Both the position numbers and the translations under genes were made by a program. Below are positions 39,487 through 47,303 of a stretch of DNA of 64,000 nucleotides, piece by piece. The notes beneath the pieces were generated by a model, which saw nothing but the letters and a program-made list of their open reading frames with translations, did no database searches and had not been told where the DNA came from. Source of the stretch: Candidatus Brocadia sp. (GTDB lineage: Bacteria > Planctomycetota > Brocadiia > Brocadiales > Brocadiaceae); contig JAJTXE010000003.1 in NCBI GenBank assembly GCA_021463795.1, positions 553,364 through 617,363 of the forward strand, given 5' to 3'. Each line of letters starts with the position of its first letter. The stretch's first letter is position 1.

Positions 39487-39689
39487 AGGGAAAACTTCAG
39501 TTGTAAAAGTAAGACAGAGTACCAACTGGAATATCAGGGGGGGTGAGATGTGAATGGGAGAAATTCATATCTCAATACCTCCACACCTCCACCAAGGATT
39601 CAGAAAATGTATCCGTATGTTTGGAATCAATTGATGGTTTTTTTATTTATGAATCTACCCACCGGCGAAACACGGATTAGCACGAAAGA

Positions 39690-40034
39690 ATGCAACTAAA
39701 AAACTTCGTGGTTTATTTTATGCTTGGCGGTAGCATTGTAAGTGCCGTAACTTTTATGGGTTCGCAAGGCAAGGGACTTCTGGCCGCCTTTGTGGCCACA
39801 TTTCCCACCATGACCGTACTCACCTTTGCCTTGATTCACAGTAAGGCGGGACAAGCTGCCACCGTAGAGTATGCCAAGGGATTGCTCTTCATGACTCCTC
39901 CATGGATTATTTACGTAGTATGCCTTATCATATTATTGCCGAGGTGGGGCTTTCTGAAATCCCTTATTGTTGGCGTACTAACTTACATGGTCCTCGCTGG
40001 CCTTGTGAGTATTGTGATACGACATCTTAAATAA
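39690..40034 (+). CDS. small 4-TM membrane protein (GlpM/DUF3147-like, uncertain)
   Basis: 114 aa with four hydrophobic segments (…YFMLGGSIVSAVTFMG…LLAAFVATFPTMTVLTF…). No conserved TM1 glutamate, so it is not an SMR protein. Confidence 0.6.
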   Translation: MQLKNFVVYFMLGGSIVSAVTFMGSQGKGLLAAFVATFPTMTVLTFALIHSKAGQAATVEYAKGLLFMTPPWIIYVVCLIILLPRWGFLKSLIVGVLTYMVLAGLVSIVIRHLK

Positions 40035-40108
40035 CCGGGGCAGGACAAAACGGCAAAAGGTTATCGTTGGATTGTTGTTATTGATGACACATAAGTATTC
40101 ACCATTCC

Positions 40109-40915
40109 ATGTACAGAATTAACAAATATCAATTTAACGAATTCAAATGCCAGGCAAGTTTACATAAGTCCAATTACGCCGTTTTAGTCAATATACCAGA
40201 TACAGGAATAAAATACTCGCCAGATTTTGATTTTTCTGAAGAATACTATATACTCAAGGAGTTCAGTCACCCGCAAATACCAACCACGACTGATTTTGGA
40301 GAAGGAGAATTATTCAGAGATGACAAATTTTTAATCAAACAACAATTTATTATATTACAACATGTACATGGATATGACCTTGTAGACTATTTCGCTGAAA
40401 AGGATATGGAAAATGAGGAAACAATTGATGAGGTTATCAAATCATTTATAACCGTCTGTGACCCACTGCAACATGTTCACAGCAAACATTACATTCATTG
40501 CGATTTAAAACCAGGACACCTGATTCTCAATCAAAAAACCGGTCTCGTGCATCTTATCGACTTTGAATTGGCTATTAAACGGGGAGGTATCATTAAGGGA
40601 ATTAGCAAAGAATATGCATCGCCGGAACAGTTACAGATGCTCAACTACCTGAAAGATCTGCCGAGAAAGGTCCATTATGAGACAATTTCCTCTACCATCC
40701 GGCTGGACGGCAGAACAGACCTTTATTCTTTGGGTCTCATATTCTATCAAATAGTAACAAAAAAATTATGGCAGACAGAAAAAATTTTACCCGGTAAAAT
40801 AAACAGCCACATCCCCCGGAAGCTCGAAGAGATCCTGCATGGTCTCCTGGAAGCAAATCCCGCTCAGAGAATTGCGTCTGCGGAGGAAGTAAAGAAGACA
40901 TTGATGGGCATGTAA
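40109..40915 (+). CDS. atypical Hanks-type protein kinase-like protein (possible pseudokinase), no sensor domain
   Basis: IHCDLKPGH (HRD-like loop), IDFELA (the DFG position reads DFE), SKEYASPEQ (APE-like) and DLYSLGLIFYQI (subdomain IX). There is no glycine-rich loop; that position reads KCQASLH. Confidence 0.7.
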   Translation: MYRINKYQFNEFKCQASLHKSNYAVLVNIPDTGIKYSPDFDFSEEYYILKEFSHPQIPTTTDFGEGELFRDDKFLIKQQFIILQHVHGYDLVDYFAEKDMENEETIDEVIKSFITVCDPLQHVHSKHYIHCDLKPGHLILNQKTGLVHLIDFELAIKRGGIIKGISKEYASPEQLQMLNYLKDLPRKVHYETISSTIRLDGRTDLYSLGLIFYQIVTKKLWQTEKILPGKINSHIPRKLEEILHGLLEANPAQRIASAEEVKKTLMGM

Positions 40916-40949
40916 CGTTTGCAAACTTTTTATGCTTTACTGATAACCG

Positions 40950-41873
40950 ATGAAGAACATTATCATATCAGACATCCATAGCAACGCCGACGCCTTGCTG
41001 GCGGTAGTCAAAGAAATCGCCGAAAAGGAACCTCCTGTCTCCCGGCTCCTGATCGCCGGCGATATCGTCGGCTACGGCGCATCACCTAATGAATGCTGCG
41101 GTGTTGCACGTTTCTTGATCTATGGCAGAAAGGCGGTAGATATAAAGAAGATCGGCGAAATTGTTGCACAGCCATATCTTGATTCCCATCAGCAGCAAGA
41201 TCTGTACACTGCCCTTCTTGCATTAGAAAAGAAAGGGCTCGCAATCGGAGGAAATCACGACAGGGAAACAGCCGGAGAACCATCCCTTACGAGTGAGATG
41301 AACCCTGTAGCATCAGCCGCTGTCGAATGGACAAGGGGGGTGTTAACAAAAGAAAATCTCAAATTTTTAAAAGGTCTTTCACTAAGAATGAAATTTGGCA
41401 AAGAGGGATTCGAGATCGTACACAGCACACCTTCTTATCCGCGGGGCTACGAATATGTCAAAAATGCCGGCGTGCTGAAGTATACAACGCTATGGTCGCA
41501 GGTAACCTTTGGAGGCCATACACATCGTCCGTCAGCGTATATCTATACTAAAGAAACCAGGACCGTGAACGCCTCTGTTCTTGTTCCGGCAGACAACTAC
41601 GATATGAGGCTTATGCTTATTGAAAGGCAATCAACGAACAAGGTAGAATCTTTCGATATCGATTCTGGCAAGGACTGGAAGTATTATGTCAACGTGGGGT
41701 CGGTAGGCCAGCCGAGGGATGGAAATCCACAGTCAAGTTATGTTGTGTTCGATTCAGCAACAAAACATATCGATTTTAAACGGGTGCCTTATAATACCGA
41801 AGCAGCATCAAAAAGAATAACCGAGGCAAAACTGCCGAAAGAATTGTCGGAAAGGGTATTAAAGGGTGTTTAA
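40950..41873 (+). CDS. calcineurin-like metallophosphoesterase (ApaH/PrpE-type Ser/Thr phosphatase or diadenosine tetraphosphatase family)
   Basis: ISDIHSN, AGDIVGYG, GGNHD, GGHTH and ...VGSVGQPRDGNPQSSYVVFD... 307 aa. A ~50-aa insert separates the GD and GNHD motifs. Confidence 0.85.
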   Translation: MKNIIISDIHSNADALLAVVKEIAEKEPPVSRLLIAGDIVGYGASPNECCGVARFLIYGRKAVDIKKIGEIVAQPYLDSHQQQDLYTALLALEKKGLAIGGNHDRETAGEPSLTSEMNPVASAAVEWTRGVLTKENLKFLKGLSLRMKFGKEGFEIVHSTPSYPRGYEYVKNAGVLKYTTLWSQVTFGGHTHRPSAYIYTKETRTVNASVLVPADNYDMRLMLIERQSTNKVESFDIDSGKDWKYYVNVGSVGQPRDGNPQSSYVVFDSATKHIDFKRVPYNTEAASKRITEAKLPKELSERVLKGV

Positions 41874-41890
41874 GCTTATAAGATATATTG

Positions 41891-41912
41891 TACCATTTTT
41901 GCAAAAATGGTA
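41891..41912. terminator. bidirectional hairpin between convergent genes
   Basis: TACCATTTTT-gc-AAAAATGGTA, a perfect 10-bp palindrome. It lies between the phosphatase stop (41873) and the moaC stop (41992). Confidence 0.5.
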
Positions 41913-41991
41913 ACGCCAATTCCTTATCGTCAGCATTTATACGGGGATATCCACATCCCTAACCCTCACTCTGCATTCCAATTCGTTCTGA

Positions 41992-42474
41992 TTACGCATC
42001 TTTATCAAAAATAAAAGTCCCGCTCTTCCCGCCTGATTTTTTTACCAGATGAATGTCGCTAATTACCATCCCCTTATCTGCAGCCTTGCACATATCATAT
42101 ATCGTCATGGCACAGACCGCAGCAGCAGTAATCGCCTCCATCTCTACCCCGGTTTTCCCTGTCACTCTCACCTCTGAAAGCACATCAATTTCATTGACAG
42201 CATTGTTAGTAAAGTCAATCTTTACACTCGTTAAATTGAGTGGATGGCACATCGGAATCAGGGTGCAGGTATGCTTTGAGGCCATAATCCCTGCAACCCT
42301 GGCTACCTCCAGCACATCTCCCTTTTGTATTTTTTTATCCATAATAAGCTGGAAGGTCTCAGGTTTCATAATAATCTTTGCATGGGCGACGGCAACCCTA
42401 TCGGTGTCCTCTTTCTTGCTGACATCCACCATGCGGGATGCACCCTGTTCGTCAAAATGGGTCAACTGTGTCAT
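41992..42474 (-). CDS. moaC: cyclic pyranopterin monophosphate synthase
   Basis: MTQLTHFDEQGASRMVDVSKKEDTDRVAVA..., ...LIPMCHPL..., ...GVEMEAITAAAV... The track ORF opens 15 codons upstream at 42519. Confidence 0.93.
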   Translation of the reverse strand: MTQLTHFDEQGASRMVDVSKKEDTDRVAVAHAKIIMKPETFQLIMDKKIQKGDVLEVARVAGIMASKHTCTLIPMCHPLNLTSVKIDFTNNAVNEIDVLSEVRVTGKTGVEMEAITAAAVCAMTIYDMCKAADKGMVISDIHLVKKSGGKSGTFIFDKDA

Positions 42475-42567
42475 GGCCTGGTATTCACCTCCCTCTTTAT
42501 TTTCCTCATAATAAAACAAACTAACTGGCTCGCAGCATTTCCTCCAATGCTGATAAAGAATCGTTTC

Positions 42568-43425
42568 CTATTTATCTTTCATCTTCCATATTCCATTCCA
42601 ATCCGGGCTTGGGGGACTCTTTGAGAGGATTTCGCATCGTTTTGCCATTACCGACCCTATCCCTAAGCCATATTCCTGGTAAATCTTTTGAAAGAGTTCC
42701 GCTGCTGTTGCCCATTCTTTTCTGCAATACCTCGAATATGCCTCAGAATATTCTTTCTGGGAGTTTTTTTTCGTCTCAAATCTGGGGTCATTGTCAATAA
42801 GGATTTCAAATAGGGTGATAGGCTCCCGAAAACCCTTCAATATGATCCGGTCAATAAAACGATACGAAAACCTTTGATCCGTGGATATATAGCCTTCGGC
42901 AAATTTAAAAAAACGGTCAGAAACCAAGGCCCTGGCGTCATACAATCTGGATAATCCTTCAATCCTTGCCGCCTCATGAACACACCGGCCTACGGGATGA
43001 TCGCGTTTGTCCAGCGGATAATAGATAAACGAAACTTCTCCTACCGTAATACCAAAGCCGATATCGATTCTGGGTTTCAGAACACCCGCACCCTGGGAAT
43101 CATTATAGATGCGCATGCGTTTTGTCAGCCGGTAGATGTTTTCTAAAATGTACTTTGCATTATCCTCAGGAAATATTCCCATCACACCATCACCGTATAT
43201 TTCCGCATAGGTGTTTTCATGTCCTAAATAGAGTTCTTTATAGGACGTATCGTGGACATCCATAATAAAATCTGCATAGGTAAAGGCTTTTTCTCCTGAA
43301 CTTTCAATACCACGGTAGACACCTTGTTCAAAATCCATCAAGATATCTGTTGAATTCCGAAGATCACAAAACATAACAATCCGTTTCGCATTTTCCGTTG
43401 GATATTTAATAGTACTATCCTCCAT
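42568..43425 (-). CDS. class III nucleotidyl (adenylate/guanylate) cyclase domain protein with a ~70-aa helical C-terminal tail
   Basis: IVMFCDLRNST (metal Asp), YGDGVMGIF (second metal Asp), GITVGEV and ...VHEAARIEG. There is no sensor or TM domain. Confidence 0.85.
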   Translation of the reverse strand: MEDSTIKYPTENAKRIVMFCDLRNSTDILMDFEQGVYRGIESSGEKAFTYADFIMDVHDTSYKELYLGHENTYAEIYGDGVMGIFPEDNAKYILENIYRLTKRMRIYNDSQGAGVLKPRIDIGFGITVGEVSFIYYPLDKRDHPVGRCVHEAARIEGLSRLYDARALVSDRFFKFAEGYISTDQRFSYRFIDRIILKGFREPITLFEILIDNDPRFETKKNSQKEYSEAYSRYCRKEWATAAELFQKIYQEYGLGIGSVMAKRCEILSKSPPSPDWNGIWKMKDK

Positions 43426-43582
43426 TCCCCCTGTTTATGGCGTGAAAAAAACAGGCCATCTAAGAATGCATGTTGTATTGAAATTCTCAGACAGCCTGTA
43501 TTGCTTACTTCTTCAAGTTTTTGAGGTTTAAGTGTGTCTCTTTAATAATATCATCTTTAACCTGCTTTTCCTTCCTGTATGC

Positions 43583-44170
43583 TCATTTGCATTTTTGAAT
43601 CAATGTTGTAGATAATGAATCGATCGGTTTGGCCGCTTCTTCCAGCTGGGACACAAGTTTTATACTTCCGTCCATGGCAGAAACAAAACGTTCAATCATC
43701 AGGCCAACGACCTTGCGTAAGATATCAGGCATTTTTTCAACCTCTTTTTCAAAAAGCCTGGGATCAATCATCCGCCCTTTGATAGTTAATATCTCATGCA
43801 AACAATTCGTCAAACGGCTATAGACATCACTAAGGTAAAAAAAGTCCTGAGTCATTTTGTCGAGTTTGACGCGTACTTCGGGAGAGAGTTTGTTGATAGC
43901 TTCCATAAAGGTGTCTTTGGTAATCATCCCTACGAGCACATCGCCATCTGCTGTCACAGAAGCGGTTCTCTTTGCCATACCGAAAAAACTCATTTCCCCA
44001 AAAATATCGCCTTCCTTTAGGGTGCCAACAAGCACCTGTTTATTGTTGATATTTTTCCAGACCTTGGCCCTGCCGGACTGTAAAACATAGGCATAATATG
44101 CCCAACTCCCCTCTTCTAAAATAATACTGCCATCCTTTATCTTCTCTGTCCTGCTAATGAACTGCTCCAT
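43583..44170 (-). CDS. cyclic-nucleotide-binding (CAP-family) domain protein with a ~75-aa non-HTH helical tail
   Basis: ...LKEGDIFGEMSFFGMAKRTASVTA... is the phosphate-binding cassette. 195 aa. The tail contains no recognisable DNA-binding helix-turn-helix, TM, TIR or nuclease motif. Confidence 0.85.
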   Translation of the reverse strand: MEQFISRTEKIKDGSIILEEGSWAYYAYVLQSGRAKVWKNINNKQVLVGTLKEGDIFGEMSFFGMAKRTASVTADGDVLVGMITKDTFMEAINKLSPEVRVKLDKMTQDFFYLSDVYSRLTNCLHEILTIKGRMIDPRLFEKEVEKMPDILRKVVGLMIERFVSAMDGSIKLVSQLEEAAKPIDSLSTTLIQKCK

Positions 44171-44216
44171 AAACGCTCCTTTGTATTAATTTAAGGTTTA
44201 GGAATTTCAAAGCTGA

Positions 44217-44292
44217 GATTCTTCGGCCTTTTCACTTCCTCAGAATGGCAGAATAATGTGAAAATGTCATTCTGCGCGGAGCGAAGAATCTA
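44217..44292. repeat. GTCATT-core palindromic intergenic repeat (copy R2, ~76-nt imperfect hairpin)
   Basis: Outer arms AGATTCTTCG / CGAAGAATCT and inner arms CAGAATGGCA / TGTCATTCTG. Confidence 0.6.
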
Positions 44293-44303
44293 ATTTTGTG
44301 AAT

Positions 44304-44582
44304 TTACCAAATCGACGGGATATTCACACACTTCGGTATGGTTTTGATAACGTTTTCGTTCCCCTCGTCGTTGTATGAGTTCGTGATTTTTTGATATCTC
44401 AGCGAAGGCATATTATCAAAATAATCAACTTTCAAGTCAACACAAATCCCTGAAATCTGCAAGGCGCCTTGATAGGCAAAAGGACAGCCGGCAGGATGCG
44501 GACTTATCACAGACCTCGCTCTCGTAGGATTCATAACCATTTCCGTGAAACCTAAAGGAGATAACAACCTACTCGCTGTCAC
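44304..44582 (-). CDS. hypothetical ORF (92 codons, GTG start), weak
   Basis: Only an open frame; no recognisable motif and no clear Shine-Dalgarno sequence. Kept because nothing else explains this ~280-bp stretch. Confidence 0.2.
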   Translation of the reverse strand: MTASRLLSPLGFTEMVMNPTRARSVISPHPAGCPFAYQGALQISGICVDLKVDYFDNMPSLRYQKITNSYNDEGNENVIKTIPKCVNIPSIW

Positions 44583-44691
44583 GACAATTTTTTGTTTGAC
44601 AATTTATATTTTTCCTATATCTTTACTTTTTTGAGGTTTTGTTAAGATTTCTTTGTCCGCAGAATTAAATCGTTAAGGAGCTTTCTGTTCT

Positions 44692-45081
44692 ATGAGTCCT
44701 CTTTCAAAAAATTTTGTGCGTGCAAGCCTGATTTACTTTTTCATTGCAGCCATTCTTGGTATCATCATGATTTCTATGAAGAGCTACCCGGCACAATTAC
44801 TCTTCACCCATGTCCATCTCAATCTTCTTGGATGGATGTCAATGATGATTTTTGGTGTTGGGTACCATATCTTGCCGAGATTCTCAGGAACTCCGCTTGC
44901 TTATCCCAAAATAGGCACCCTCCAATTCTATCTCGCAAACATTGGCCTGGTAGGATTGGTGTGTTTCCGTCCAATCCATCCACTTGCGGAAATATTTGCA
45001 GGTTTGCTCGTGGTGTCTGTTGGTTTGTTTGTGTTTAATATCTGGATGAGTATGATACCGCCTAAGCCTGAACCTGAATAG
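44692..45081 (+). CDS. small 4-TM membrane protein with a His-rich motif resembling haem-copper-oxidase subunit I / NnrS helices
   Basis: 129 aa. ...LLFTHVHLNLLGWMSMMIFGVGYHILPRF... AAGGAG Shine-Dalgarno sequence upstream. The family call is tentative. Confidence 0.55.
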   Translation: MSPLSKNFVRASLIYFFIAAILGIIMISMKSYPAQLLFTHVHLNLLGWMSMMIFGVGYHILPRFSGTPLAYPKIGTLQFYLANIGLVGLVCFRPIHPLAEIFAGLLVVSVGLFVFNIWMSMIPPKPEPE

Positions 45082-45370
45082 GCAATCTGTGAACAATTAT
45101 CTTCCCTACATGAGCCAGCGGTAACAGACAATCAATTTTCTCATACCATAGGAGCGGAATTGAAAACCGTAAGGTTGTTTAAGAATTATTCCTTCATCCC
45201 CGTTTCCCCGTTTTTATTGCAAATTTCACCCATGCTCAACAAACAGCATATTTGTTTGGTAAAATTAACAAGATTATGGACCCGTTTATAGGCGTCCGTA
45301 ATTTTAAAGATAAAATTTTTATACGTTTGAGGCAATGCCTCGATAAAATACCAAAAGGAGATTTTTGAGA

Positions 45371-47296
45371 ATGTACACAATAGGAATTGATATTGGTTCA
45401 ATGTCAACCAATGGAGTTCTGATAAATGAGAAAAAAGAGATTCTTTCATCAATCATAATACCAACCGGCGCCAGCAGCAAAAAGGCTGCTGATAAAATCT
45501 TTCAACAGATACTTACCGAAAACAAGCTGTCTGCAAGTGATATTGATTATATTGTTGCCACCGGCTATGGGCGTATTAAGGTGCCGTTTGCCAATGAAGT
45601 AGTAACAGAAATAACCTGTCATGCGAAGGGTGCAAACTACTATTTTCCCATGGCAAGAACAATCATTGATATTGGTGGACAAGACAGCAAGGTCATTAAG
45701 GTCGACGCGAATGGAAATGTCCTCGACTTTGTTATGAATGACAAGTGTGCTGCCGGAACGGGACGGTTTCTTGAGGTTATGGCCAGAACCCTGGAGATCG
45801 ATCTGGAAGAAATGGGACCAATTTCGTTGAACGGAAAGAATAATGTTTCCGTCAGCAGTCTTTGTACGGTATTTGCAGAATCCGAGGTGGTATCCCTCAT
45901 TGGCGCAGATCACAAAACGGCGGATATTTGCAAAGGCTTACACATTTCCATTGCCAAACGCATCACCGCGCAGCTCAAGAGGATTGGGCTGGAAGAAGAG
46001 ATTGTCATGACAGGCGGCGTTGCAAAGAATATCGGTGTTGTAACAGAGATAGAGAAACATCTTGGGTGTAAAATCAAGATTTCAGAAGAACCACAAATCA
46101 ATGGAGCGCTTGGGGCGGCATTGATTGCCCTGGAAAAGGCGCGGGTAAAAACCAATAACCCTGTCTCGGTGTCCGTTTCTGTCTCCGGAAATACACAAAC
46201 CGAAGCTTCCGTAACAGAATTTTCCATTGAGGACCACGCCTTACCGAAAATCGGGTATTTTTGTTCTTACACGCCGGTGGAGCTTATTCGCGCCGCCGGA
46301 TTCCATCCGGTCAGAATTAAGGGTTCAGAACAGGAATCGAGCGCTGCCAATGAAATGCTTTGCGGCAATATCTGCCCTTATATCAAGGCTGTTGTTGATC
46401 AAAAAGTCAATGGCCAGCTGGAAGATTTTAAAGGAATGGTGTTTGTCAATTCATGTGACGGGATGAGACGGCTGTATGATGCATGGATAAAATTAGATAA
46501 TGGGAAAAAGTCGTTTAACTATATCTTAGATATTCCAAAAAATACCGATGATGCCGCAGTTTTTTATTACGCAAACCTGCTCAAAAACTTCAAAGAAAAA
46601 CTGGAAACATTTTTCATGCTGAAGATCAATCAGGATGACATTAACCAGAGTATTACCATCTACAATGCGGTAAGGGAAAAAGTCCGGGTGTTTTTACAAA
46701 AGTACTGGAATGGCTATCTCGGACAATCCGGTTATGAGATCTTTTCCCTGTTAAAGAAGGGCGCTAATGCAGTGCCGGAGAAATTCCAGTCCTATTTGAC
46801 CCATCTGATGAAACAAAGGGAAGACATTCGTGATACCCGGGACATACCCAGGCTCTTCGTCTGGGGGAGCATCATGGAAAACGAAAAGATCATGAAGATT
46901 ATAGAGGACGCTGGTTCAAAGGTAATTGCAGAGGATTTATGCAATGGCAGCCGCTACTTTGACGCCCAGGTTCATGTCAGCGACGACCCCATCCTGTCCA
47001 TTGCCAGGAGATATATCCTGCGATCTCCGTGCTCCCGGATGGTTAACATCTTTGACAGGATTAATAATGTGCTGACCACGATGCAGGAAAGATCAATTCA
47101 TGGGGCGATTTATCACACACTCAAATTTTGTGATCACAATCTCCTGGATTACCCTATGATAAAAAAGACGTTCCACGAGAAAAATATTCCCCTCCTTCAT
47201 CTCAATTGTGATTATTCCCTGAGCAGTGAAGGCCAAATAAAAACAAGGGTTGAAGCATTTCTTGAACAATTAACCAGTACCTCCAGGAAAGAGTAA
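45371..47296 (+). CDS. fusion protein: BadF/BadG/BcrA/BcrD-type ATPase (HgdC-like activator) plus a 2-hydroxyacyl-CoA dehydratase / double-cubane-cluster-family subunit
   Basis: N-terminal part: MYTIGIDIGSMSTNGV..., IIDIGGQDSKVI, and the cluster-bridging cysteines MNDKCAAGTGRF and SSLCTVFAESE. Linker: ...PVSVSVSVSGN... C-terminal part: ...GYFCSYTPVELIRAAGFHPVR..., ...LCGNICPY..., ...FVNSCDGMRR... The frame is continuous. Confidence 0.85.
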   Translation: MYTIGIDIGSMSTNGVLINEKKEILSSIIIPTGASSKKAADKIFQQILTENKLSASDIDYIVATGYGRIKVPFANEVVTEITCHAKGANYYFPMARTIIDIGGQDSKVIKVDANGNVLDFVMNDKCAAGTGRFLEVMARTLEIDLEEMGPISLNGKNNVSVSSLCTVFAESEVVSLIGADHKTADICKGLHISIAKRITAQLKRIGLEEEIVMTGGVAKNIGVVTEIEKHLGCKIKISEEPQINGALGAALIALEKARVKTNNPVSVSVSVSGNTQTEASVTEFSIEDHALPKIGYFCSYTPVELIRAAGFHPVRIKGSEQESSAANEMLCGNICPYIKAVVDQKVNGQLEDFKGMVFVNSCDGMRRLYDAWIKLDNGKKSFNYILDIPKNTDDAAVFYYANLLKNFKEKLETFFMLKINQDDINQSITIYNAVREKVRVFLQKYWNGYLGQSGYEIFSLLKKGANAVPEKFQSYLTHLMKQREDIRDTRDIPRLFVWGSIMENEKIMKIIEDAGSKVIAEDLCNGSRYFDAQVHVSDDPILSIARRYILRSPCSRMVNIFDRINNVLTTMQERSIHGAIYHTLKFCDHNLLDYPMIKKTFHEKNIPLLHLNCDYSLSSEGQIKTRVEAFLEQLTSTSRKE

Positions 47297-47303
47297 GTAA
47301 AAC

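Noticed and set aside
42568-44170. Calling the cyclase plus cNMP-binding pair a bona fide Pycsar or CBASS defence system.
   Set aside because: The receptor protein lacks the TM, TIR or nuclease effector domains that define those systems, and the neighbours are housekeeping genes. It is kept only as a lower-confidence finding.
46145-46230. A GTCTCGGTGTCCGTTTCTGTCTCC stretch (PVSVSVSVS) looked like a micro-repeat.
   Set aside because: It is short, low-complexity linker coding sequence between two domains of one protein, not a repeat element.
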